NCBI GenBank assembly: GCA_963808625.1
Contig: CAWEHK010000033.1
Coordinates: 64,001 to 128,000 of the forward strand
Source of the DNA: an uncultured delta proteobacterium
Lineage (GTDB): Bacteria; Desulfobacterota; Syntrophobacteria; Syntrophobacterales; Syntrophobacteraceae
Direction of reading: 5' to 3'
DNA: 64,000 bases
Part shown: positions 10,384-21,395 of the stretch, one piece after another
How the letters are laid out: each line of letters begins with the position of its first letter
Numbering within the stretch: position 1 is the stretch's first letter
The notes under the pieces: generated by a model
Database searches by the model: none
Told to the model about the DNA's origin: nothing
The model's input: the letters and a program-made list of their open reading frames with translations, nothing else
Translations under genes and position numbers: made by a program

Positions 10384-10628
10384 GTACTTCCTCCTCAAGC
10401 AAATTTGGGGGGCTGCCGAAATCGCTTTCATAGGGGTTGAACCTAACGTACTTCTCTCTATACCGGGCCGGCGTAAAAGTCACTCGTAATCCAATCGCGG
10501 AGTTTTGGGGTTCTTACGAAAAGGTTCCCTGGGCAGGCGTGATAATATTCCTGCATCGATTCTGCGGTGTGCTAAAATAGATAGGATTTTTTCAATTCCC
10601 AAGTTGAGTGATTCCAACGGCAACCCCT

Positions 10629-10657
10629 CGTCATTCCGTTGAAAGCAGGAATGACGA
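10629..10657. repeat. Palindromic REP-like element
   Basis: CGTCATTCC-N11-GGAATGACG inverted repeat in an intergenic region. Confidence 0.55.
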
Positions 10658-10838
10658 CTCGGGATCGTCACGATATGAATCGCTCAATTCAAGTACCTAC
10701 TCGTTGAGTCCGGTGCGATGGGCTCCGTGTCTGTCTGTGAGAACAAGAAACCACGACGGATTGAGTACGACTCTCTCCATGCAGCCGCATAGAATTGATG
10801 ACGCATAAACAAAAATCCGATGGGAGCGATCCTTGGTT

Positions 10839-11345
10839 ATGGCAGACAACTCCGAAAAGAAATTTCTTCCCAAACCTGTAGGAACCCGCTGCTTTGGTTG
10901 CGGCGACCGCAATCCTTTGGGTCTCAACATGTCCTTCTACCGTCTTGGAACGACCTTGCGTTCGGACATTACTCTGAGCGAGCACCACATGGGTTGGGAG
11001 AACCTGGCCCACGGGGGAATAATCTCCACCGTTCTTGATGAAATCATGGGCTGGACGGTCATCGCCTTTAGACGTGTTTTCTTTGTCACCCGTAGCATTG
11101 AAGTCCACTATTTGCGGCCGGTGCCGCTGAATTCACCCCTTACCGCCGTTGGCGAAATTGAAGCCGATCATGCCCCGAAGGGCTGTTCAACCAGAGGTTA
11201 CCTGATCAACGCCGCAGGGGTGAAACTGGCGGAAGGGCGCGCTCAGATGGTTTATTTGTCGGAGAAACGGTTGCCGCTGCTGCCCGAACAGTACCGAAAG
11301 GACATGCTCAAACTCTTTGAGCGGATCCGGGAGTTGCTGGATTGA
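10839..11345 (+). CDS. PaaI/hotdog-fold thioesterase
   Basis: CFGCG..NPLGL, HGGIISTVLDE. Confidence 0.85.
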   Translation: MADNSEKKFLPKPVGTRCFGCGDRNPLGLNMSFYRLGTTLRSDITLSEHHMGWENLAHGGIISTVLDEIMGWTVIAFRRVFFVTRSIEVHYLRPVPLNSPLTAVGEIEADHAPKGCSTRGYLINAAGVKLAEGRAQMVYLSEKRLPLLPEQYRKDMLKLFERIRELLD

Positions 11346-11590
11346 TCCCAGAGAGCTTGCCGCGGCCGAGAGCACCCAACGTCCGGAAAAAATGTGCTGC
11401 GAGCGCTGACGATCACTTCGGCGACGTTAAGGACCTGCGACTTCTGCGTGAAGGGGGCATTGCAGTGTTCGTATGGACGGTGAACGAAGAGGCAGCCATG
11501 CGCTTCCTGATCGAACAAAGGGTGAGCGGAATTTTCACGGACTTCCCTCAGCGGTTGAGATCGGTCCTCGACTTCCGGCGCGACTCATGA
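11342..11590 (+). pseudogene. Glycerophosphodiester phosphodiesterase, C-terminal fragment
   Basis: VFVWTVNE...VSGIFTDFP is the GDPD C-terminus; the rest of the gene is missing. Confidence 0.65.
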
Positions 11591-12387
11591 CGGCAACAAT
11601 CCAAATTGCGATGCTCTTCGCTCTGCCCCAGGAATATGGCTGTTTCAAGCGGCTTACGGCACCATGGCTTCGGGCGCGACCTGAACCTTTCCCGAGCTTT
11701 GTTCGCAGTACCCCTCACCAAGAGCTCATCATGGTGGAAAGTGGAATGGGCTCCAACCGGATGATCGAGGCCCTGAAATGGCTTCTTGGGTGGACCCGCC
11801 CCGACCTCGTGATTGTGGGAGGGTTTGCCGGCAGCCTCATGCCGGACTTGAAGGTGGGGGATGTTTGTCTGGGAGGGGTCTTTAGCAGCTTTGACCGGCA
11901 ATGCGGTTCTCTGGGCCAGCCGACGATCCGGTTGAAATTCTCGGAAAGACTCTTTCGTTTCTGTAAAGAGCAACGGATTCGAGAGACCCGGATGGTCACC
12001 GTTGTGCGGCCGGAAGCAAAACGACTGGTCAGACAAACATTGGGAGATGCCGCTTCGATCATGGATATGGAAAGCTATTCCGTGGCCCGGTTCTGCTATG
12101 AGAACCACATCCCGTTCCTCTCTTTTCGGGCGGTCAGTGATGGCTTCCGCGATGAGATCGATTTCGACCTGCAAGCGATCAGCGATGCTCGGGGACGTGT
12201 AAAAATTCCGCTCGTGCTCTCATCAATAGTTGAAAATCCGGCCCTCGTCAGGTCCTACTTGCATTCATGGAAGCGTTCCAGCAGGGCATCAAGGAGTCTG
12301 GGACGGGCTCTTACCGCTCTTCTCGATCTGTCACCGGTGGAGTTGCGATCCTTGGTTGAGGAGAACTGCTTATATGTGTCAGTCTAA
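11587..12387 (+). CDS. hpnG: Purine phosphorylase/MTA nucleosidase-like protein, hopanoid-associated (HpnG-like)
   Basis: SGMG, GFAGSL..LKVGDV, DMES, RAVSD; next to hpnH and hpnA. Confidence 0.7.
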   Translation: MTATIQIAMLFALPQEYGCFKRLTAPWLRARPEPFPSFVRSTPHQELIMVESGMGSNRMIEALKWLLGWTRPDLVIVGGFAGSLMPDLKVGDVCLGGVFSSFDRQCGSLGQPTIRLKFSERLFRFCKEQRIRETRMVTVVRPEAKRLVRQTLGDAASIMDMESYSVARFCYENHIPFLSFRAVSDGFRDEIDFDLQAISDARGRVKIPLVLSSIVENPALVRSYLHSWKRSSRASRSLGRALTALLDLSPVELRSLVEENCLYVSV

Positions 12388-13248
12388 GGGAGGGCGGCAG
12401 GCCCCCGACAGGGGAAAATCCCGGCAGTGTTGAGCAATGTGGGACGGGGTGAGGTGAGAATGCTTATAGAAGGTGAAAAGCAAGACCAGCAGACTCGGGA
12501 AAAAGAGGATCGTGCAGCCCACAATCCCCAGAAAATGTTCCTCGATCCAGAATGTAACCGCAAGGTTGAAAACAAGGATACAGAGGTAGAGCAGGGGACC
12601 CGACATCCCTATCCAAGGGATCTCGGCAAGCACGGATGGTTTGCCTGGTTCGAGAGCGGGGACGGTATCCAACGCCTGGAGCACTCCGATCATCACTAAG
12701 CCCACCAACAGCCAGCCACCAAAGTTGCTCATCGGTATGCCGAAATAGAGCCCGTTTTGTCGGTAGCCATAGATCTGACCGAGAAACCAGCGGTCGCCTC
12801 TGAGTGCAACAGGGTCGATGATGATATCCAGCAGCACAAATAGAAAAGCCCCCAGAACAAGGGTCTGAAGGGATCGTCTGAGATGATGGGTTTCGAGAAT
12901 GATAACCGTTTTTTTGCTGAAGAGCACCGGGCTGAGGATAAAGAGCGCCATTGCATAACTGCAATAAGAAAGAAAAACATAAGAAAGCGAGTCCATGAAG
13001 GGCACGCCCAAAACCCACAGCTCCCGGTCTGCCGTGCCGGGAAGGTAAAAGTAGTCTCCATAAGGGAATCCCCAATGAATCGAAGAGAATTCGGAAAGCC
13101 AGGCAAGGCTGTAGCCGACGGGAAGAAAGAGCAGGGTTTTTCGCCATCCGAGATGGGATGCTGAGGCAGCAAGGTACATGGTTAGAAACGCAAAAACATA
13201 AGGGCGAAGAGCAATCGTTCCAAGGAGCAGTCGGCAGAAATCAAACAT
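12379..13248 (-). CDS. CruF/DUF422-family membrane protein ('carotenoid biosynthesis protein')
   Basis: SEFSSIHWGFPYGDY, GVPF, LDIIIDPVA, YFGIPMSNFGGW. Confidence 0.75.
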   Translation of the reverse strand: MFDFCRLLLGTIALRPYVFAFLTMYLAASASHLGWRKTLLFLPVGYSLAWLSEFSSIHWGFPYGDYFYLPGTADRELWVLGVPFMDSLSYVFLSYCSYAMALFILSPVLFSKKTVIILETHHLRRSLQTLVLGAFLFVLLDIIIDPVALRGDRWFLGQIYGYRQNGLYFGIPMSNFGGWLLVGLVMIGVLQALDTVPALEPGKPSVLAEIPWIGMSGPLLYLCILVFNLAVTFWIEEHFLGIVGCTILFFPSLLVLLFTFYKHSHLTPSHIAQHCRDFPLSGACRPPLD

Positions 13249-14236
13249 AAAGATTCCACTTCACCATCCGCAACAAGTCCTTGCCATTCATCTCGAGGAC
13301 CACGGTGGGTTCAAACCCGCAATGGACCATGCACTGGGCGCAGCGCGGGTCTTTGCCGGATACGTAATGGTCCCAGTCCGTTTGTTCCATGAGTTCCCGA
13401 AAGGTTGGGTAATGCGTGTCGGTGATGAGATAGCAGGGAGATTTCCATCCCTGGGTGTTTCTGGTCGGGTTTCCCCAGGGGGTGCATTGCAGCTTGCGTC
13501 CTCCTGCCACGAAATCGAGATAGAGGGGATTGCTGATCAGGGGAAAGCGCCGCCCCCATCGGCGTATTTCCCTGAACTTCTGCATGATTTCCTGGCGGGT
13601 CAGAAACACCTCGCCGGCTACGTTCTCATAGCTGAATCCCGGAGCCACCAAAATGCCGTCCACACCGGCAGCGGTCAACTGCTTAAAGAGCACCTCAAGG
13701 TCGGCAAGATCCGTTTCCCGATAAACCGTGGTATTAGTGCTCACCCTGAAGCCTTTGCTCTTGGCCGCCAGCAATCCGGCAAAAGCTTTTCTAAATCCGC
13801 CGGGGCGCCCGATGATGAGGTCATGGACGGGCTCGGAGCCGTCAAAATGGAGGTTCCAGGTAAAACGGGAGCAGGGACGGAAGTGCTCTAGCGATTCTTC
13901 GAGCAACAGGCCGTTGGTGCAAAAATAGATGTGCTTTCCGCGTGCAAGCACCGATTCTACGAGTTCATTCACGCGTGAGTAAAGCAGCGGCTCGCCGCCG
14001 GTAATGGTCACCACGGGTGCATCCGCCTCATCGACTGCCTCGAGGCAAGATTCGATGCTCATTTCATCGAGAATCGTGTCACGATACTCGCGAATGCGGC
14101 CGCAGCCGGCACAGGTCAAATTACAGCGATGGGTCGGTTCAAGCATGAGCACGAGAGGGAAAAGCTTTTCCTTGTGCATTCTTTTTCGAACCAAATACCG
14201 GGTCATGGAAGCATAGAGACTGATGGGAAAGCGCAT
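13241..14236 (-). CDS. hpnH: Adenosyl-hopene transferase, radical SAM
   Basis: FPLVLMLEP, CNLTCAGC, GGEPL, CTPWGNPT, PCYL, DPRCAQCMVHCGFE. Confidence 0.92.
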   Translation of the reverse strand: MRFPISLYASMTRYLVRKRMHKEKLFPLVLMLEPTHRCNLTCAGCGRIREYRDTILDEMSIESCLEAVDEADAPVVTITGGEPLLYSRVNELVESVLARGKHIYFCTNGLLLEESLEHFRPCSRFTWNLHFDGSEPVHDLIIGRPGGFRKAFAGLLAAKSKGFRVSTNTTVYRETDLADLEVLFKQLTAAGVDGILVAPGFSYENVAGEVFLTRQEIMQKFREIRRWGRRFPLISNPLYLDFVAGGRKLQCTPWGNPTRNTQGWKSPCYLITDTHYPTFRELMEQTDWDHYVSGKDPRCAQCMVHCGFEPTVVLEMNGKDLLRMVKWNLYV

Positions 14237-14251
14237 TCAAACCTCAATTCA

Positions 14252-15262
14252 CTATTTTCGGGTCACGTAGCCGCGATTGCGGAACCACGAGACGGCTTCG
14301 GCCAGGGCGGTTTCCACAGGGGTTTGGGGAAGACCCAATTCGCTTATGGCTTTGCCCGCATCAAAAAACATGAACCGCTTCGCCATCTTAACCCCTTCGT
14401 AAGGGATAAGCGGCTCTCTGCCGGTGATTTTCGACGTCGCCTGAAAAATGGCGCCTAGAAACAAGATGGGATAATAGGGCAGGCGATAGCGCGGGGCTGG
14501 AATTCCCGAGACCTTTTCCAGAAGCCGAAAAATCTCCGCAAGGGTCAAGTTTTGATTCCCCAGAATATACTTTTCCCCCACCCGTCCGTATTCCAGAGCC
14601 AGCAAATGACCTTCTGCGACATCGGATACGTGGATCAAATTCAAGCCGGTGTCCAAAAAAGCGGGCATACGGCGATTCAAAAAGTCTACGATGATTTTAC
14701 CGGTCGGCGTCGGCTTGTGGTCGCCGGGGCCTACCGGCGTGCTGGGATGGACCATAACCACCGGCAATCCCTGATCAAGGAAACCCTCCGTTGAGCGTTC
14801 CGCCAGGAATTTTGACTTCTTGTAATGCCCTACCATCTCCTCCAGGCAAACGGGAGTCGCTTCGTCGGACGGTCTTCCGCCGGGTTTCAAGCCAAGAGCA
14901 CCCACACTGCTCGTGTAAACGACCCGCTCGACGCGGTTTGCGAGCGCCGCCTGCATCACGTTCACGGTCCCGGTGACATTGGTTTCGTAGATCTCCTCGG
15001 GATTCTTTGCCCATAGACGATAATCGGCGGCAACATGAAAGACGACATCACAACCGGCCATTGCCGACCGGATTTGCTCAAAACTCCGAATGTCCCCTGA
15101 ATGCCAATCGATTTCGGCCCATTCGACAAAGGGCGCAGGCGATTGGGGGCGCCTCAGAGCGCGAACTCTCCAACCCCGCTGCACCAAATGAATTGCCACA
15201 TGGCCTCCAATAAAGCCGGTGGCGCCGGTAATAAAGGCAGTTGGCATCTTGATTACTCTCAA
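14252..15262 (-). CDS. hpnA: Hopanoid-associated NAD-dependent epimerase/dehydratase
   Basis: TGATGFIG, HVAADYRLW, YKKSK, PTPTGKII. Confidence 0.88.
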   Translation of the reverse strand: MRVIKMPTAFITGATGFIGGHVAIHLVQRGWRVRALRRPQSPAPFVEWAEIDWHSGDIRSFEQIRSAMAGCDVVFHVAADYRLWAKNPEEIYETNVTGTVNVMQAALANRVERVVYTSSVGALGLKPGGRPSDEATPVCLEEMVGHYKKSKFLAERSTEGFLDQGLPVVMVHPSTPVGPGDHKPTPTGKIIVDFLNRRMPAFLDTGLNLIHVSDVAEGHLLALEYGRVGEKYILGNQNLTLAEIFRLLEKVSGIPAPRYRLPYYPILFLGAIFQATSKITGREPLIPYEGVKMAKRFMFFDAGKAISELGLPQTPVETALAEAVSWFRNRGYVTRK

Positions 15263-15523
15263 TTTATAGTCGCAAAAAATGTTCGTCTTCTATATCAAAA
15301 TCATCTATAGCTCGCAACCCGACATCTCCGAAAGCTAAAGAAATAAACCGATTTCTCCAGGCTCACAGTCCTCTCACTTACGGGTTGTTGTATTTAACCT
15401 TGAGGTGATCTTTGTGGTTCCCCAATTGCCTTGACTCGTCCTCTTCTCTCCTCTAAACTCGATACCGGATACGCAAAGGTTAGGAGCAGGATTGGAGGGG
15501 CGCTTAAAGAGGGAGGGTCGAAA

Positions 15524-16651
15524 ATGAAACAGACTTTGATGGTGGTCGCACTGATTTCAGTTTTGAGCTTTTGTAGTTCCGGAAACACCCAGGCGCAACC
15601 GATTGAAAGTGAGCTTTATCTGATCACCCCTGTCTCTAAGGACGTCCATGATCCCGTTCTGAAGGCGTTTGAGCAATATGCCAAGAAGAAATGGAACGTC
15701 GACCTGAAGACGAGCGCGATTCCCAAAGGCACACCGGTTGCGTATGGTCAGATCCTGGAATGGAAGGGCAGGCCCCAGGCCGATGTTTTCTGGGGTGGTG
15801 AAGGAACCCTTTTTGATGACCTGGCGGCACAAGGGTTGTTGGAGAAGGTGCAGCTCCCTCAGAAGGTTTGGGATGAAATTCCGGCGAGCATCGGAAAGCC
15901 GGTGCCCCTGCCTCTCAAGGATCCTAAGATGTTCTGGGTGGGGACGATGCTCGAACCCTATGGAATCATCTATCAGCCGAAGCTTTTGAAACGGCTGGGT
16001 GTTGAAATCAAAGACTGGGACGACCTGCTCAATCCTAAACTAAAGGGTCAAATTGCCCAGTGCACCCCCGATCGATCGAGCTCGAGTCATGCCACCTGTG
16101 AGGTCGTCCTCCAGACCTACGGGTGGGAAAAGGGCTGGGAATGGTTGACTAAGCTGGCGGCCAATACGGGAATTTTTACCGCCCGTTCCCGAGACGTGCC
16201 GAATGTGGTGGCAAAAGGGGAATTTGCCGTCGGATTCGGGGTGCCCAGCTATATGGCCTTTGCTGAGGTCCTGGGCGGGTATGAACTCATGTATGTGTAT
16301 CCGACCAACGCCTACGTCACGCCTGAACCAATGTCCGTGCTGAAAGGAGCACCGCATCCCAAAGCAGCCCACGCTTTCATCGAGTTCCTGATATCCGAGG
16401 AGGGGCAGAAACTCGTCTCGGAATTAGGCGTCTACCCCATAACGCCCAAGTACAAAGTTCAGGGCCCTCCGGGATCCAACCAGGAGAAGGCGGTTGCTTT
16501 TACAGGCGGAGTCCGTTCATTCTTCGATATCCCTGTCGGTAACGTTTATGATGTCAGCCTCGCGGGCGAGAAGAAGCGCATTGAAGAGGTCAACGCCTAT
16601 TTTCGTAAGGAGATTACCGAAAAACACAAAGACATCGTTAAAGATAAATAG
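15524..16651 (+). CDS. ABC transporter substrate-binding protein (AfuA/PgtC-like class)
   Basis: Signal peptide, PQADVFWGG, PDRSSSSH..EVVLQTYGWEKGW, AFIEFLISEEGQ. Confidence 0.85.
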   Translation: MKQTLMVVALISVLSFCSSGNTQAQPIESELYLITPVSKDVHDPVLKAFEQYAKKKWNVDLKTSAIPKGTPVAYGQILEWKGRPQADVFWGGEGTLFDDLAAQGLLEKVQLPQKVWDEIPASIGKPVPLPLKDPKMFWVGTMLEPYGIIYQPKLLKRLGVEIKDWDDLLNPKLKGQIAQCTPDRSSSSHATCEVVLQTYGWEKGWEWLTKLAANTGIFTARSRDVPNVVAKGEFAVGFGVPSYMAFAEVLGGYELMYVYPTNAYVTPEPMSVLKGAPHPKAAHAFIEFLISEEGQKLVSELGVYPITPKYKVQGPPGSNQEKAVAFTGGVRSFFDIPVGNVYDVSLAGEKKRIEEVNAYFRKEITEKHKDIVKDK

Positions 16652-17007
16652 GAGTGACGATTTCCCGATTTCGAATTTGAGGAATAGCGATATGAGGAGC
16701 TTTGAGGAATTATCCGGCCGAGGGCAGGGGCCCCGGCCTGGCAATTCCTCAGTTCATCCGCCTTCCGGGTTATTCGCAGCACTCCTGAGAGGAAGTCTAG
16801 CTCCCGGCTTGTCTGGGTCCGGCCGGCAGGTGCATGATTCGGGTCGCATGCAAAAGATTCTTTGAGCTTGCCTCCTAGTGTTGGAAGCAAATCAAAGGTT
16901 CTTAAGAATGCCTGAGAAAATAAAGCTCCGAGCAGAAACAGGATTGAATTCCAGAATTTCTCAATCCTCCACCCCCTCATTCAGAAGAAGAACCCGGTCA
17001 TCTCGAA

Positions 17008-18087
17008 ATGAACATTGAACTGCAGGACGTTGTTAAGAGGTTTGGCGCCCTTGAAGCGGTAAGCCACGTTTCCCTGTCCATCAAAGCCGGGGAACTCTTC
17101 ACCCTCTTGGGCCCTTCCGGTTGCGGTAAGACCACGATTCTACGACTGATCGGTGGTTTTCACCAGCCAGATCTCGGCTTAATCGCTTTCGGAGGTAAAA
17201 ACGTCACCGGAATCCCGCCTTATGAACGAAACATCGGCATGGTTTTTCAGAATTACGCCCTGTGGCCCCACATGACGATCTACGCCAATATCGCCTACGG
17301 ATTGAAACTACAGAAGATTGCAAAAGGAGAGGTTGAAAGGAAAGTCTCCCACGCCCTGCATCTGGTCAACCTGGAGGGACTCGGGGAGCGCTACCCCGGC
17401 CAATTGTCAGGAGGGCAACAGCAGCGGGTCGCTCTGGCAAGGGCCCTGGTTCTGAATCCCGACGTGCTGCTGCTGGACGAACCTCTGAGCAATCTGGACG
17501 CCAAGATCCGGCTCCAGGTGCGGGCTGAAATTCGCAAACTCCAGAAGGAGCTCGCCATAACCACCGTCTATGTTACCCATGACCAGGAAGAAGCCCTCAC
17601 CCTTTCCGATCGCATTGCCGTGATCGAACACGGGCGACTGCAGCAGGTCGGCACCCCCTGGGACCTCTATGAAAGACCGACAAACCCCTTTGTGGCTGAC
17701 TTTATCGGGATCAACAACCTCATTCCGGGTCAGGTTCTGGAACACAGCCAAACCGAAGGTCTGGTGACGGTGGAGACGGAGGTCGGACAGTTCCTGGGGG
17801 AGCACTCAATGAACCTTCAGAGACGAGGGCAATGTATGGTCTGCGTGCGACCCGAAACTGCTTCCATCGGTGAGACGGAACCGGCCGACCATACGCTCAA
17901 CAGGATTTCCGGAGCGGTCAGTTTTGCGTCCTTCATCGGGAATGCCGTTCGCTATGACGTTGATATTGGTTTTGGCCTGACCTTCAGGGTTGATGTTCAA
18001 AATCCAAGGGATCACAAACCCTATGACATTGGGGAGAAGGTCATCGTCAGTTTTTCAACCAGGACGACTCTCGCCATTCCAGCCTAA
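17008..18087 (+). CDS. ABC transporter ATP-binding protein (PotA/AfuC-like)
   Basis: GPSGCGKT, LSGGQQQR, LLLDEP, HDQEEA, C-terminal TOBE. Confidence 0.93.
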   Translation: MNIELQDVVKRFGALEAVSHVSLSIKAGELFTLLGPSGCGKTTILRLIGGFHQPDLGLIAFGGKNVTGIPPYERNIGMVFQNYALWPHMTIYANIAYGLKLQKIAKGEVERKVSHALHLVNLEGLGERYPGQLSGGQQQRVALARALVLNPDVLLLDEPLSNLDAKIRLQVRAEIRKLQKELAITTVYVTHDQEEALTLSDRIAVIEHGRLQQVGTPWDLYERPTNPFVADFIGINNLIPGQVLEHSQTEGLVTVETEVGQFLGEHSMNLQRRGQCMVCVRPETASIGETEPADHTLNRISGAVSFASFIGNAVRYDVDIGFGLTFRVDVQNPRDHKPYDIGEKVIVSFSTRTTLAIPA

Positions 18088-18091
18088 CCCC

Positions 18092-18156
18092 CATGACCCC
18101 GAGGGTCACAACGAAAAATGAAATCCCCCTTTTGTAAAGGGGGGCATGGGGGATTT
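18092..18156. repeat. Two adjacent REP-like palindromes
   Basis: TGACCC-CGA-GGGTCA and CCCCCTTT-TGT-AAAGGGGG followed by GGGGGATTT. Confidence 0.55.
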
Positions 18157-18183
18157 CATATAAACAGGATGTCAAGGATCGAC

Positions 18184-19902
18184 ATGGACCCAGTGCGTGA
18201 GGCAATCACAACAACAAGCCGGGCCGGCTTGGGCCGGCGACTCAACCTCGGCGGTTTGTTGGGTTATGCCGGAATTTGGCTGTTCATGGCGATATTCCTC
18301 ATCTATCCTCTCATCCGCCTTTTCTACGACGCTTTCACCACCGATGCCGACGCCTTCACCTTCATGAACTTCTATGACTTCTTCAGCGATCCTTTCTATC
18401 TTAAAGCCCTTGTTAATTCGCTCCTCCTAGGGGTTGCCACCGTCATTACAACTTCCGTCATCGGGATCACCTTCGCCTTTCTTCTGCTGCGCTACGAGTT
18501 CCCCGGGAGGGGTCTCTTCTCCTTTCTATCAATCGTTCCCATGATCATGCCCCCCTTGGTCGGGGTCATGGGCTTCGTTTTTATCTTGGGCAGGGCAGGT
18601 ACGGTGAATGTGATTCTGATGGATTATCTCGGCTTTTCCAAACCGATCAATTTCATGTACGGAATTCACGGCGTGCTGTTGGTTGAGACGCTGCACCTCT
18701 TTCCTCTCATGACTCTGAGCATCGTTGACGCGATGGGGAAAATCTCGCCCTCTCTGGATGAAGCGGCGGAGAGCGTCGGGTCCACCGGGTTTCGGAAATT
18801 TTGGGACATCACCTTTCCCCTCACCACTCCCGGCTATGTGTCGGGCGCCCTTCTGGTCTTTATCTGGACCTTTGCCGACTTCGCCACACCTCTGGTGGTG
18901 GGGATAGATGATCTCCTGGCTTCCCAGGCCTACCTGAACATCGTACAGTTCGTGGATCGAAGACTGTTCAAGATGGGTATCGTCATCTCCGCCATCATGA
19001 TTCTTCTTGCCATCGTGTTTCTGATTGTCGCCAAGCGCTACGTTGCCCTGAAGGACTACAGCTCGCTGTCCTACAGCGTAATCGAGAGAAGAGCCCTCTC
19101 CACCCCGGGAAAAATCGGGGTGTTAATTTTTCTGAGTGCGGTTCTCATTTTTGCCTTCATTCCCTACCTGGGGATCATCCTCGATTCCTTTGGCAAAGGC
19201 TGGGCCCTGACCCCCATTCCGGTAAAGTATACCTTCCAATATTTTCAACGAGTCGCCATTGAAACCCCCAAGTTCATCCTGAACAGCATCCTCTATTCGG
19301 GGATTACGGTTGTGATCTGCATCGTCATCGGGGTGCCGATCGCCTGGGTAATGGCCCGGACCAAGCTACCCGGACGAGACGCCCTTGATTCTCTCACCAC
19401 CCTGATCCTGGCCCTTCCCGGAACCGGCATCGGCATTGCCTACCTCCGTGCTTTTCGAGAGCCTTTTCCGTTTACGTCCACAGCCCTGATCGGTATGTGG
19501 ATCGTCATACCCCTTGTCCTGGGGGTGCGGCGCATGCCCTATACGGTGAGAGGAACCTTCGCGTCGCTCCAGATCGTCCATCAATCGTTTGAAGAGGCGG
19601 CCGAAAGTGTCGGCGCAAAGAAGGCCACTACGTTCAAGGACGTGACGCTGCCTCTGATCTGGAAGGGGGTGCTGGTGGGATCCCTCTATTCTTTTATCCT
19701 GGCGCTTCAGGAAGCCTCAGCCACCCTTCTTCTGGTGGTTCCCGGCCATGAGATGATGCCCGTAGGTATTTTTAATTTCTATATCGGGGGTTCAGTGAAC
19801 GAAGCGGCCGCCCTCGGTCTTATCTTGATTATTCTTGGAGCAACGTGTCTCTTTGCCATCAACAAAATTACGGGGACGAAGATGGGCGGCGTTTTCGGAT
19901 AG
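18184..19902 (+). CDS. ABC transporter permease with two BPD_transp_1 domains (AfuB/FbpB-like)
   Basis: Two EAA motifs (EAAESVGS, EAAESVGA); about 12 TM segments. Confidence 0.92.
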   Translation: MDPVREAITTTSRAGLGRRLNLGGLLGYAGIWLFMAIFLIYPLIRLFYDAFTTDADAFTFMNFYDFFSDPFYLKALVNSLLLGVATVITTSVIGITFAFLLLRYEFPGRGLFSFLSIVPMIMPPLVGVMGFVFILGRAGTVNVILMDYLGFSKPINFMYGIHGVLLVETLHLFPLMTLSIVDAMGKISPSLDEAAESVGSTGFRKFWDITFPLTTPGYVSGALLVFIWTFADFATPLVVGIDDLLASQAYLNIVQFVDRRLFKMGIVISAIMILLAIVFLIVAKRYVALKDYSSLSYSVIERRALSTPGKIGVLIFLSAVLIFAFIPYLGIILDSFGKGWALTPIPVKYTFQYFQRVAIETPKFILNSILYSGITVVICIVIGVPIAWVMARTKLPGRDALDSLTTLILALPGTGIGIAYLRAFREPFPFTSTALIGMWIVIPLVLGVRRMPYTVRGTFASLQIVHQSFEEAAESVGAKKATTFKDVTLPLIWKGVLVGSLYSFILALQEASATLLLVVPGHEMMPVGIFNFYIGGSVNEAAALGLILIILGATCLFAINKITGTKMGGVFG

Positions 19903-20031
19903 GCATGAATGGATGCGGATTGAGGTGGTGCTAGGGGCGGACAGGGATAAATCTGCCGTGTTCTTATCAGTCCCGCCCATCCCTGTCTCACAAGAAAGAA
20001 CGAATCACCACAAGGTGCAAACCGGGTTTCA

Positions 20032-21359
20032 ATGGCAAGCAGCGTCAGCCAGAAGTTCGACCTCATCGTCATCGGTTCCGGTCTTGCCGGAACGGCAGCC
20101 AGCTGTTTTGCGGCGGCGCGGGGTTTGAGAATCGCACAGGTCTCGGCCACCGGAGGGGAGCTTGCCTTCGCCAGCGGCTTGCTGGATCTTCTCGGTGTCT
20201 ATCCACCCCATGAACAAAGGCCCTGGGACGATCCCTGGGCCGGGATTGCCGCTCTTGCCGCTGTCTCCCCGCAGCATCCCTATGCACGCATGACCGTCAA
20301 TACCATCCGGGAGGCGCTCAGGGAATTTCTCACAATCCTGGATGCAGCAGGGCTCCCCTACTGTGGATTGCCGGACCGCAATGCTATGTTGGCCACTGCA
20401 GCGGGGACGCTGAAGACGACCTATCGGGTCCCCCAATCCATGTATCGCGGAGTGCTTGCCCTCCAGGAAAAGCGCCCGACCCTGCTCGTTGATTTTGAGG
20501 GTATGAAGGATTTCAGCGCCGCCATGATGGTAGCGGTGATGCGTCCCCGGTGGCCTGCTTTGGCGGCTTTGCGCCTCCCTTTCCCGGAGACCTTCCCGGG
20601 TGTTGATCGCCAGAATCTTCAGCTTGCCGAAGCCGTTGAGTCCTCAGAAGTCCGGGCAGCACTCGCCGATGCCATCCGTCCCCATCTTGCCAGTGCTCAG
20701 TTTGTGGGCATGCCGGCGGTGCTCGGGACTTCGCTCATCGAATGAGGTCATCGCTGATTTGGAAGCTCGGCTCGGAGTGGGGATCTTTGAAATTCCCACA
20801 CTGCCTCCCTCGGTTCCCGGCGTGCGCCTGCGGGAGGCACTCGAGGGGGTCCTGATGCGGCAAGGCGTTCAACTCTTGGCGGGAAGGCGGGTGATCGCGG
20901 TTCGGGATGGGGACAGCCGCTGTACCGAAATTGTCGTCGGTACCGCAAAATGGCGGGAGACACTGGAAGGGGAGGTGGTGATCCTGGCCACCGGGCGGTT
21001 TTTGGGGGAGGGCTCACGGCCGACCGAAACGGTATACGCGAAACCGCATTTGGGTTTCCGGTCACGCAGCCGCCCACCAGAGAATTGTGGCACCGCGAGC
21101 GGTTTCTGGACCTCCGAGGCCACCCCATAAATGAAGCGGGACTGGAAATCGATGATCAGTTTCGCCCCCTGGGGACAAACGGAAGGCCGGCTTCGAGAAT
21201 GTCTTCGCTGCGGGTTCTGTGCTGGCCCACCAGGACTGGATTCGCACCAAGAGCGGAGCCGGGCTGGCGATCGCCACCGCATACGGCGCGGTCGAGGCTT
21301 TCATGAGAGACGGATGTACGCGACGAAACGAAGACACGGATGAACACGGCTGGGATTAA
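20032..21359 (+). CDS. glpB: Anaerobic glycerol-3-phosphate dehydrogenase subunit B (frameshifted)
   Basis: GSGLAG FAD motif, SGLLDLLG, EIPTLPPSVPG.RL, LATGRF. Frameshifts near 20730, 21005 and 21195. Confidence 0.82.
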
Positions 21360-21395
21360 CGAGCGGAGAAGGAATCGGCAGCATCATGTCCGTGG

